Below are positions 28,963-41,544 of a stretch of DNA of 64,000 nucleotides, piece by piece. The DNA is from Lingula anatina (lineage: Eukaryota > Animalia > Brachiopoda): the NCBI GenBank assembly GCA_051362555.1, contig CM120644.1, positions 17,134,534-17,198,533 of the forward strand. Reading direction: 5' to 3'. Made by a program: the position numbers and the translations under genes. A model generated the notes under the pieces. The model was not told the DNA's origin. It searched no databases and saw only the letters and a list, made by a program, of their open reading frames with translations. Position 1 is the first letter of the stretch; each line of letters starts with the position of its first letter.

Positions 28963-29481
28963 GACCCCATTCCCACAAACACCATCAGTCTAAGTGGATC
29001 AACCCAACCCCGGAGGGACTTTCGCTGAATGCAGTCAGTTTAACTGATGAACACGCCTCCTTCTGGCGTCAAGTACACACACTGGACAATAGAAGTGTCA
29101 ACCCTACTGAACCAATACTTTGGGGGAGATAAATGACTGTGGAATGATATACTCCTAATATCATTTTATTAACATCAAATTTCACAAAAAAAAAACAAAA
29201 TAAATAAATAAATAAATAAGAATAAAAAAAATGTAGACCAGGCATTATAACTACTTAAGATCTGCCTACTTTGATTATTGATTACTTGATTATTATTTGA
29301 TTACTCTGATTCAAGGGGTGACACTTCTATCGTCCATTGTGTGTAGAATACGGAAAGGCTGGCGGTTATACGAGTATGTTGGAAACAAAAGCAGGCGCGT
29401 CATTCAGTTGAGCTGATTGCACTTAGCGAGAGTCCCCGCAGAGAGTCCCTCGCGACCAGTGGTGTCTATGGGTATGGGGTC
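28963..29481. mobile_element. PIF/Harbinger-like MITE (family A)
   Basis: TIR GACCCCATTCCCACA...TATGGGTATGGGGTC; subterminal arms shared with 18478-18738. Confidence 0.75.
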
Positions 29482-31826
29482 TTATACGGGCTAAGATCAG
29501 CTTAATTCCTTAAGGAGTATTTACACTCATACAACTCAGCATCCCAAGACTACCGAATCTTAATTGTTTGGGGATAAGTCCAATGTCGTGTATGAAAAAT
29601 TCAAAATGATTTATCACCAGTACTGAAACGCACGGCAGGACACCCTGCGTTGTGTAGGTACCTTTCTGATATCAGGGGCTTCTAAAATAGTATACAAAAT
29701 TAAAGTATCACAATAATTTTGTAACAGACGACTAGCGAACCCCGTGGTCTGAGAGTGTAGGTTTTTGGAGGTTGACCAAGGGTTTCTTACTACTACTAAT
29801 AGTATAGGACTGTGGATTTAGGATGATCGCGAGCGTAATCCATGACTGGATTTTACAAATCAACTCTCGTCGAAAGAAGGTCCCAATATTAAAACTGATA
29901 GATTGAGTCTATTTTAATTCAAGGCTGTCCGATTGAATTAAGGATGTTAATCCCACTGCTAAAAAAGTAAGGAAATGGATAATGTTTTCGATCCTCAGTC
30001 CTTTTAATTTGGTGTATTTTCGATTGAAGTTAACCAAAAAGTCAGAGCCTTAGAGTACTAAAACTGAGTCTAAGTATTGAGAACGTTCCAAGTCTTGTTA
30101 ACTAGCCTGGACAAATAAAAGCCTTAAGACCATTTTACATGCAGACGTCATGCGCTTCTGAATGTTATACCCTCTGAGAATACTCTTTTTCGCCATTTGG
30201 AGACACGCTGTTCAGATTTGCCCCTTGAAAAACAGGGTGGCTCCGTCGGGGACGCTGAACAGATACCCATACCTTCAGGATAGAGCCAGGGTGCAGGTAG
30301 GACAATCAATTTGCGTGTCAATAATTCCCCAGCGACACTTAACTGGATCAGCCATTTATCTCGATACTGATTGGAACCGTGTTGTGATTTAGATTCGTCA
30401 CCTGCAGGCAGATACCGGGAAAGGGGGGGGGGGGGGGGGGGTAGCTGGGAACTCTCTCTCTCTCTCTCGATTGCCAAAACTGGCGGGTTAAAAAGTGCTC
30501 GAAATCTCAAATATGGCACATCTATATTCAATTTCATGATTGTCTTCATCCATCCCTCTCCGATTTGTCCTTGTCGGGTAGATTAGTGGTCTAGATATAA
30601 TTCTTGCGACTGTGGCCATGACGTCCATTCTTACCACAAAGAGACGCATTAATATAGATAAGATGATAAATATGAAAGTATGGGAAAGGTCAACAAAATT
30701 TAGAAAATAAGAACCTGGCATTTAAGATCGTCTCGCTTTGCATGAGTATGGATTATCAACTACAAAATGTCAGGACCCAAAGTCTCATTTCTTCGTTGCT
30801 TTTCATTAATCTACACATGCGACTCATCGCAAATTTTTCTTTTTTTTTCCCGAAGATAACAATCTCTGACGCAAACAGGAAAAATATCACCATTATTTCA
30901 GTTCGTCATCAATATAACGTCTGACGATGAAGAGTTCGGCTCACGCTGGTTGCTATGCTATCGGACATAGAGCGCATTCTGAACAGATGATCCGCGGACT
31001 AACTTGGACCCGACGACTAAATATGGCCGACCACACTTAAAAACTAAAACGGCACTCAGTAGATAAAAGTTCGAATCAATATTCTCTTTTTAAATTTCCT
31101 GCCACTCAGAGTCTCCCTGAGCGATCTTTTCTTATTTAGTTTGGTTTCTTTAAATATTTAGTTTGATAAATTTTTTAACGCTCATTACAGCAACCCCTGA
31201 TTTATCTGACTCCAAGAATTCTTCTTTTAAACATACATTGAACTTTCTTATGAACTTCAGTAATATAGAGATCCTTTTCTGAAATAAATCACGGTTTTTG
31301 GAATCATGTTTCTTTCAATGCACGAATCACGTTAGAAAAGACCACAGGTAAAGCCAAAAACATTGTGATATTTCATTTGAGTAGTTATGACATATATCTT
31401 GGACATATAACGAAATCTTATCCACGTATAGATCAACAAAAATGTATGAAAACTGTTGAGGGGAAAAAGCGTAAAAATGTAAAGTTATATGGTGAAGACG
31501 ATTACAGCAAAAGTGTCATTAATTTCGACTTAGCAGATCATCGTCGCCAGCTATTAAAACAGATTTTTGTTAACACAAATCACTTGGCGCGGAGTTCGTA
31601 CATAAAATAAGAACGCTGAATATAGAAGTCACGTTATTAAAAGACGTTATTAAGAGATTAACGCCAGATTTCCTTTACTGGAAATAAGAGAAAAACGAAC
31701 ATGATATTGAAAAGTTGTAGGAAGCTTGGACATAATAACGTTATTATGTCCAAGTAGGAAGTGAGTGATAAAATGGATGAAAGAAAAAAATACCCTGGGG
31801 TTCCCCTTCTTACAGATTATCTGGAT

Positions 31827-31857
<31 letters not shown>

Positions 31858-32026
31858 GCATGAGAATCGCCCAAAACGTGCATGTGAAGTATTGAAAACG
31901 AAGAAGTTGGGAAGCAGCGAATATCTGAAGTTCACGAAAGGAAAAAAAGACGACAGTAGATGCGTTGTCTGAAGAGTGGACTCTGGGAGCCGCTCCGCCC
32001 ATCCTTCGAAGGTTAACCAAAGTAAA

Positions 32027-32197
32027 CAGGCCCGTAGCCAGGGGGGTTCGGGGGTTTAAAAGACCCACCCCCCCTTTTAACTGGGAAATGGTCCCCTCTG
32101 GGTAAAATTTTATTTTGGTACACAAAGATTTCATGGCAAAAGGTTTACTTTTTCAGAAAAAGGAAACACCCCTTTGAAATCGCTGCCTACGGGCCTG
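32027..32197. mobile_element. hAT-like MITE with 5-bp TSD
   Basis: Same TIR and interior as 43056-43226; flanks GTAAA/GTAAG. Confidence 0.8.
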
Positions 32198-34018
32198 GTA
32201 AGGAACCGATTAATACGAAGGAGAAGGGGATGAGGCGGCACAAGTGACAATATAATGGTCGTTTTGCGTAATACAGTGTAGCCTCATCTTATTCCAGCTA
32301 CAACTTGCCTGTAGGAAAATCATGATTTAATATTGATAAGATTAAGGTTTAATGCGTCATATGTTTCTATCTAGAAAATAAAGAAAGTGTGCTATTTGAA
32401 AATTACGTTCCACTTTGTCTACATTATACTACATCATGAATTATCAAAGAGATTATGCTGTAGTTGCAGCGTTTGGTGCAAAGAACTACACCAATTTGAA
32501 CATGACGCAAGGTTAAGTAAGTAGTTAATTGCAGCGATTAGGACACGTGGATTAACGCTGTGGGAGTATTGAGAAACGCGAATAATTAATTTGAAGAAAT
32601 GCTATTTGTCGATCTACCTGCGGGGTAGATGATGAATTATTAAGGAATACTAAAACAACACATGTAACAGATGAAAGCAGCACCTTTTATTGTAATATTA
32701 TCATCAATTATGCATCACACAAGAATTTGTTATCCAATGCAGGAAAAAAATACTGTTGTTTTCCCTGATCCACTAATACTACCATGATGGTTTTTTGATA
32801 AAAGTCTGGTCCATTTGCTCAATATACGTTTACTTAACAATTCATGATTCATTCATGACAGCTACTTAACAACAGACAATGGTGAATATTTCAAATTATC
32901 CATTAAATAATAGCCTCACATAAACAAGACTCTCAAAAGAAATGATATGAAGTGAAATAAAATGAGTGTTTGACTGTTTATCCATTCCTAATACTGCTTT
33001 TTATTATTGACTAGCCATGTTCTTTTATCCTAAGTTACCATAGCCTTTCCCTCTCAAAATAATTTGAAAATGTCACAAAATGAAATTTTTTATGCCTACA
33101 TATCTTGCAAAGCTACTCATCTTTCCCAATCCAGACATTAAAAATTATAAATTAAGGTTCCTATTTTAATTTGTAAAATTTCCTTTTGAAGTGTTAGGAA
33201 GACATGGCATTTTAAGTACCTGGCCAGACATGTAGAACTAAATTATTTAATAAGAAATGGTGTGCAGGCAAGTAGCTGGAAGGGGGGGGAGGGAGGGGAG
33301 GGGAGGGGGGAAGGGTGGTGGCGATGGTCAAATCGCCCATTTCCACAGAAGAAAGCTCCTCTGGTGAGGCTTCATGGTTAAAGGTCCACTTTTTCAAAAG
33401 AGGAACCCTACTTTTGAAATTACTGGCTTTGGACTTGGTATAAATCATTGTACCCAAGTGCAGGGGTGGGGCAAGCAATGATTCATAGCTAAGCAAAATT
33501 TGGAGTGGAAAAATTTAATTAAGCTTGAACCCTGTATAAAGTTCCTTTGATATAAGTGTTGACAAAATTCCACTTTGGCTCTTTAACTTGAGACAAGGAA
33601 AACATCACCATTTTTGATGATATGAGGTAAGAAATAGGCACATTTGCTGCTGTCTAGAAAAAAAAAATATATATATATATATCTGCGACAAAAATGTTTA
33701 TCAACTACCTTTAAAGGAATGCAAAACCATTGTTTTGAAAAAATAAATGCCATTTGATTTTTCCTTTATGCATATGTCTAAAGCCTTAAAAATATATCAA
33801 TTTTCTATTAATACTACATACTATTTTGTGCTATTGTGCTTAATGACGATCACATTCACAAGGGACTTCTATATAATTACAGTAGTCATATAAGTCAATA
33901 TTCCCTATTCAAAAGTCATTAATTATTGTGCATATTGAATCAAATCATTCATTCATTTATGGAAAAATGCTCTTTGGCACCATCTTGTACATGCTCCCCC
34001 TAGTGATCTGTTGCATGT

Positions 34019-37000
34019 TCACAGTTTGGAGGATCGGGTGAGCCAGTTGAAATCCTGGAAATCAAATAAATAAAAAAAAAGAACAAATGAATAACAATTC
34101 TAAAAGATGATATTTGATAGTTTTCATTATTAGTCCATGTCATTTTCATCTGTATTATTGTTAATCTTCTTGCATAAAAGTTGTCCAAAAAAAAAATAGA
34201 ATAAATAAAAAACAAACAAACAAAAAAAAAAAAAAAAAAAAAAAAAAACATGAATTGAAGCATCCAAAAATTATCTAATCAATGACCTCTTTGGTACGCA
34301 CTGGGGTGCATCAAACCAAAATTGCCAAACTGTTTCAACACCTGACATCCTAACAGTGGCGCCCCCTATAAGTGGAGCTCTTTCCTCAGAAGCTATACCC
34401 CATACCCCAGATTTGCCTACTAAAATTTGCCACTGTTCAGAGGTAAACCACCTCACCTGTTGTTTTCTGGCAGCATCCCCCCTGATGATCACATTCACCA
34501 GGGACGGCTTCACTTTATCGTCCAGGCATTTCCTCAGAGACGAGGTGATTTCATCCGGGGTCATGGCAAGGTACCCTTCACCCCCCAGCGCTTTCATCAT
34601 CTGATCGTAGCGTACCATGGGAGATAAAGAGAATGGTGGACTCCTAGAATTAGTGCACGCATGTTTATTTCTAGAGGTTTAGCAAATTATATATATTTTA
34701 CTCCCTTTTATTTTCTCATTAAATGTGTCTCATCTTTTCAAAATGTAAAGGACTGCAATAAGGCTGTTGTGATGTACCATAATTTTGAAAATCAGTTTTC
34801 TCCCTCATTTCAGATATAGGGATATATACTACTACATGTACCAGACATAATGGCTATTCTAAGTTACTTTGCCCATTTTTGCCTCCTCTTCAAAGTTTAT
34901 AAATGGTTTTTTACTAACATGTGGAGTGACGCAAGGCAAAAGCACAAATCTGTTCATGTTCCCTGCTTCCCAGGCCCATCAGTTCTAGGGAATATTCACA
35001 GATAAATGTAGATAATGTAATATTTACGCAATACAGGGGTCCTCCTCATTTGTCATGGAAGTCCACGTTTCTTTGTCTATGCCATGCCCAATACCACTGT
35101 TGTTTACGACAACAAAGACGATGGGCAGTTTGTACCTGTGGAGATAGGAAATAAAGGTTACACATATGTCATCAAAATTACAAGATTTGTATTTGCAGCA
35201 ATATGTTAACTTTTGTCTACACGGCAGCTATAGGATTTAAAAATGTTTTTGGTTGGTCTACCCCTGCTTGAACATTTTCCATTTCAGAATTTTAACCTGT
35301 GGGTTGTAATTTTCAGAAATAAATTTTCTTACATTGGAAAAATTTTCCCTAAGCAACATATTAAACAACTTTTGCACAAGATAACAATTTGTTAACCAAT
35401 AACAAATGATAAAAGTTCTATTCCTAACCTTACGACAGTTTCCATTTCCATTCCAGAAAACCCTATTGCACTGTCACCCTCAATGCAGACGACACGCTTT
35501 CCAGGCTGGTGGTCTCGACAATAGAGGGCTGCAGCCAAGGCAAACCCAACCCCAACTCCCATCGTACCAAAAGTGCCAGCATCAAGTCTGAAATACACAT
35601 TTTTTTAAACAATTTTCTGTATTAACATTTGTGCTTTCATCTTTATTACTTTTCCTAATTGAAATAGCATCAAGGAACTAAACTAAATGCAAAAAAGCTA
35701 CGTACATCTTGAATGAATATATATAGTTGTAATGAAAAACTCAATCTCATTTTTATACGCAAAATGAAAAACACAAAGAGTTAGCATTATTCAGAGTTTG
35801 CATCTAATTTTTCAATAAAGTAGTATACGTTGTACAAAAACCACATATCTGATACAAATTTCTGCTACCCACCCAATATCAAATATTTAAAAAGTTAGAA
35901 TGCCATTTCAAAAATTTCTAGAATGTGACAAAAATCATGTCTCCAAACAAATAATTTACCTGTGCCTGGGAAAAGTGTTGGGTAACATGGTTCTTCCTAT
36001 GTCCATTGTGTTGGACCCTTCATTCACTATGATACAGTCCTTGGGGAGGAGAGCATTGATCTAAAACACAAAAATTTTAAATTTTCAAAGCCAGACATCA
36101 TGTTTTAAATTATATATTCTGCATTTTGAATGTAAAATAAAATAAAATGGACAAATGCACAGTAATCATTTCATATTAATGCCAATGCCATGCCTGCATG
36201 GACAGATACATCTCCTTTGTTCTGCTTTATAAGTATATGTTCTCTCCCAATACATGGATGTTCATATACGTACATTATATATGGATTACTGCTAATGGAT
36301 CTAGTATATCAAAACTTATTACAGGCCCATAGTTAAAATCCTCAAAATTTTCACTCTATAGCTTATACACAACAACAAAATTTTGACTTAATTTCTAAGG
36401 TGGATGTGAAAAAGCCAGCCTTAATTTCAGTCTATAACTTTTGACTTAATTTCTAAGGTGCTTCTGGGAAAGCCAGCCTTAATTTCAGTCTATAGCCTTT
36501 GGCTTAATTTCTAAGGTGGATGTGGGAAATCCAGCCCTGCTTACCCTGTCTAAAGCAGTGTAGTAATTCATAGGAATCTCTGTGTCCTGGATGAGTTTCT
36601 GAAAGTAAAGTATAAACATATAAGAGCGCATTCAGAATAGCTGACTTACAGATCCGCGGATCAAATATGGACGGCCCACTTTAATGCTCGTTGCATAATC
36701 CCCAAGGGGAATCTATTCAGTGCCTAATCGAGAATTAAACAGTAAGCATGTTTAATACGTTTCATGCTGAGGCCTTTGTCCAACAGTGGAACACTATAGG
36801 CTCTAAATGATGATGATGATGATGTTTAATACGTGGATCTGTTAGTCCGCTCTTCTGAATGCGCTCTAACATAAGCCATTATCCAGACATCTATCGATGC
36901 CTTTTTGAAGAATATTGGTTATTTTTTCCCTGTTCTCAACTATGAAAAAAAATTTTTTTTCTATGAAAGGTGTGATTTAAATTCAATTTTAATTGAAAGT

Positions 37001-40000
37001 ATTATAAAATGAAGACCATGGCTTAAGGGAAATCGAAAACACACCATGTTTAGTTCACTGTGAATGTGTTTACTACATGTAGTAGACAGGAATGCACAAA
37101 CAACAAAGGATCCATCTTTGTTGAGCAAAAAAATTTCCACGGGGATTCCACTGACTCCTTAAAACATTCATCATTAAAAAAAAAACAACTTACATTGGAA
37201 TTCTGTTTGTTCTGTTCAATCTTCTGTTTGAGGCTGGTCCACCATTCAGATTTGGGGTCAAATCTAAAACCACTGGGCAGCCTTTGCAGCTCTTCCAAAA
37301 ACTGAAAAAAAAATATGAAAGATCCAGCAACACTTAATTTATATTGAGATGTATATTTTGAATAAAATTTGATGACACAGGGTGTACATGTCAATTATTA
37401 TTATTATTATTATTTTTTTTTTTTTTGGGGGGGGGGGGGGGGGTAATTATCCTACAGCTGCAGAATTAAAAGTGAAATTTCTACAAGCATTTATTGATTC
37501 AGGTTCATTTACATGTAATTCAGTGACGTTTGTCTCAGACTTAATCTTCCATTCATGACTTTGATAACATTCAAAACATCATCCAAAACCAATTCTGCTT
37601 GTTTAGGTCTGAAAATATTCATTCACTTTTAGGTGACATTTGAAGACCTTAAACAGTTCTGATTTGTCTTGCCTTCTGAATGTATACATATATTTGCCAT
37701 TGGATGTTTGTAATGCACGAAAAATAGAAAATGAAAAAAAAAGACCAAATTTCCAATTGATGATTGTTTTTAAATGTTTTTGTCCGTGATTTTTGTATTT
37801 ACTCACTAAAATTAAACCTTAATTACTCAGCTGAGGCCCAAAAAAGATTTATGACCTCAGCAACTTGAAATGGAAGCCAATATCTAATGAAATTCCTAAA
37901 AAAAGGTTTCCTGGAATCACAGCCAAAGGTTAAAAACAAACATCTGCGTCATCAAAACGGTAAGAGAAATCTGATATACCAATATAATAGACAGAAACTG
38001 ATTGGTGACTCATTTCATTACATGAGATGTAAAAATATAAAGTAGAGCATTCTGGATATAGCAACTGCATTAAAATGTTTTTGGTTTGACAAGTGCAACA
38101 GTGACTGTCTCAACAGGTATACAGCAATGACTCAATCTTTTAAATGGGCAAAAATAACAAAGTTTCAGATTAATAATTTTATAATCACAAAAATGATATA
38201 TCTATATGGCATCTATGGTGCTTTTAGTGCCTAAAATAGATCTATGGAGTAGCCTGCTTTCTGATTTTGTAACTAACATTCGAAAGGAATGTTCTGATTT
38301 TGTAACTAACATCAATAGGAATGTTCTTATTTTAAGAAATTATGACTTAAAAATAAAAGTGCCTTTAATATTCACAATTTCCTCCAACTGAAAATACTGA
38401 GTAATTACCTTACTGAAAAAAAATCTCATTTCCCATTAGTTTCACCAAACAAGTATTGTGATCTTGCATTTTTTTTACATGTTTACGTAATTTAAAGCCA
38501 TTCATATAAGAATTAATTATCCTTCTTTATTTGCCATTAATGTTTTTTTATAGCTCTTTTACCAGTGCCTATTTCTAAGGGGGTGAGGGGGACTGGCATT
38601 AAAAGAAGTTGAATGCATGATTCCTTTAATGCCAATTCGAATACTATAGGTCAGTTTTACAAAAATTTTCTAATTAAAAGATGGCATAAACTTTTGAACC
38701 CTACATCATAGTAGGTGTCTACTTATATGGAACATTGTGTCCATTTCATTTTAAAAAGAAAGAAATAGCTAATTTTTGACTTTATTTTAGTGAACTATTT
38801 GGATTCATCCTTTATTAAAGTAAACCAAAATTATTTTCTTTAAAAATGAAGATCAATTTTTTTGAATATTTTTTTCATGTTTTTATGTTCTTTTGTAAAA
38901 CTGCCCCAAAACCAATTTCACAAAAATGTCAAAAGTTTACTTTTTGGCTAAAATCTTGGGTTATAAAACCCCACTGGCTAAGTTGTTTTTCAGCACATAA
39001 TCTAAAGGCTGTTTACCTTGATTCATTGGTCTGAAATTTTACAGAATTTAGTACAGAAGCAAGTCTGAGCTGAGATTGTCATGGGGGCATTCATTGTTCA
39101 CCCATATTTTTGTTTAACAGGAACCTGACCACCATTACATCCCATAATACTAACCTGCCTGACCACACAGTCCACATCACCATGCAAGGCCGTAACTGGA
39201 CGTATGTTATTTCCAAGCTCCTCCGGACACAGGTCAACCTAAAACAGGGAACAGAAGTTTTAACTATGGGATATAACACATTTATGCCCTGAGTCGATGG
39301 TATTATAAATCTACATGTTTTTAAAATGCACTAAACCTGCAATTTGGAATGTTTAAATTATACTTTTTATGGTTAGTAACAAGATATTGGTTTGAAGAAT
39401 AAAATTATTGGATTGAATTTAGTGATCGAGTAACATGCACCACTTTTACAGCACCAATGGTTTTCAACCCCACACTTATGAGCACATTTAATGTTTATAT
39501 CCTATTTTTAAAAATTACTTACAAGATATTGTAAAGAAGAATCGAAAAAAGTGATTGAATGAAAAAACAGTAAAAATATTGGTCGTCCACCCTGCACAAA
39601 CCTGAATGACTTTAACGTCTGGCCTGAATCTGGGAGGCTTTCCAAAATGAAGGATCCAGTTCAGTCTGGCACCCAACAACAATATAACGTCTGCTTGTAA
39701 GAGAGCCCTGAATTATACATATCAATTAAATTGTAAATGTCAAGCATACTAGTATCTTATGACACATATATGTTTAAATCTGACATTTTTCATGAAGAAT
39801 AAAATCATCCTAAGCTTCTTATGTTTTGCGTGTGATCATGGAAGTTTATCTTCATATAATTCCCTGGTGTGATGAAGCAGTTTTTCAAAACACCTTTATT
39901 CATTTTACGTCAGTGTAACTTTCCATGAACATGCAACCACTGAAGTGCATGAATGTTGTTTGATATATATTTTTAGCCACCACATTTCTTTTTCTAAATT

Positions 40001-41500
40001 TCTCCAGGAGGAGTGTGACAAATTCAATATGTATGCATATACTGTCTAGTATGAATGTGACACAACCATCAAATGCTCTGATTTGACAGCTTTAGTGTGT
40101 TAGTTGTAACATATCTAGTGCAGCAAGGTGTTGGTATGGGCAAGTAGTGGAGAAGACAAAATACTGTATGAGGAGCAAGTTCATCACTTGGATTCAATCA
40201 GAAAAGTTTTGATATTTGAACTTCCATGCACATACCAAATCCATTTCAAAGAGTATCAATCTGAACCTAAATTATTTTTATTTTTTTCTGTACATCTGTC
40301 ATCTGTATATCTGTCTAACAAAAGCTAGAGGGTGATGAATCCGACCATGTATTACTGTGGGTTTACTGACCTTGACCTTGCAGCGCTGACACAAAGTTCA
40401 TGTTCGTCTGCTACCACACCTTTTCCCATGGGTGTCGGTAAAAATGGCAGCCCACATGTCTCCAAGAACATACGAATAGAGCCCTCTGCTCCACTGTATC
40501 CTGCACCTAAAATAAATCAAATAACATGTTTCAGGTATTTTTTCCTATCTATTTATAAACTTATGCCCATATTTATACATGCAAAATACATGTACTAGTT
40601 CACATCCCAAATGCAAAAAAATCTATAAGAAAAATGCACTTGAACAGATATCAACATACCAGTAAAAGGCAGTATGGTAAAACACTGCAGACAAGCTTAG
40701 TGCTACAAGTGCAAAAAAAATATAAAATGTATTTTTGCAGTGTATCAATTAATACAGTTAACATATTTGCATATTAGATACTTATGACAAAGGCAGACAG
40801 CAGAAAATTTAGGTTTATAGGTTTATAAACACTAATGCAATGTGTCATGCTCCATCAAGCAGTGATGAACACTCTAAGGGTCCGTTCCCAATGAAAGTAT
40901 CCCCCCTGGCATTGAGTAGAATACAGAAAAACTGGTGATTTAGATTATACAAGTAAGCTGTAAACAAGAGGAGGCATGTTAATCTGTAAATCTGATAACA
41001 TTCAGCGAGAGTCCCTGCAGAGCTGGATTTATCTACGTAGAATAATAATTTCATTGGGAATAGACCTTAAAACTGTGGTCACCTTTTCCTACAATGACCA
41101 GTGGTCTCTTAGCTCTCATCAGCTCCTGTATGGCCGTCTTCACACTGCTGGGGTCAGCCAGGGTTTTAGGTGGTGGTGGGCAGGGAGTCAACTGCCTGAA
41201 ATGTCCAATATAACGTCTTTAACTGCTGAAGTGATGGAGGTTATAAACCAAGGGATGGGGTGTTTTAACTATGACATTAATCTAGGTATTTGCAATGCAT
41301 TTTAGCTTTTTTGGGTATTACAACTACTTGTATGGTCATCTTAGTACTGATTAGGTCAGTTAGGGACTACCAGGGAAATAAGGTCTATACAGGTGATTTG
41401 CCTAAGATAAAAGGTCCCCTTTATGCTCTTATAGTGCAAGATTTCATTCTTGTTTTAATTTGGTAAATCTACACTTTTGGCAGCAAACATGCATGTGCCA

Positions 41501-41544
<44 letters not shown>

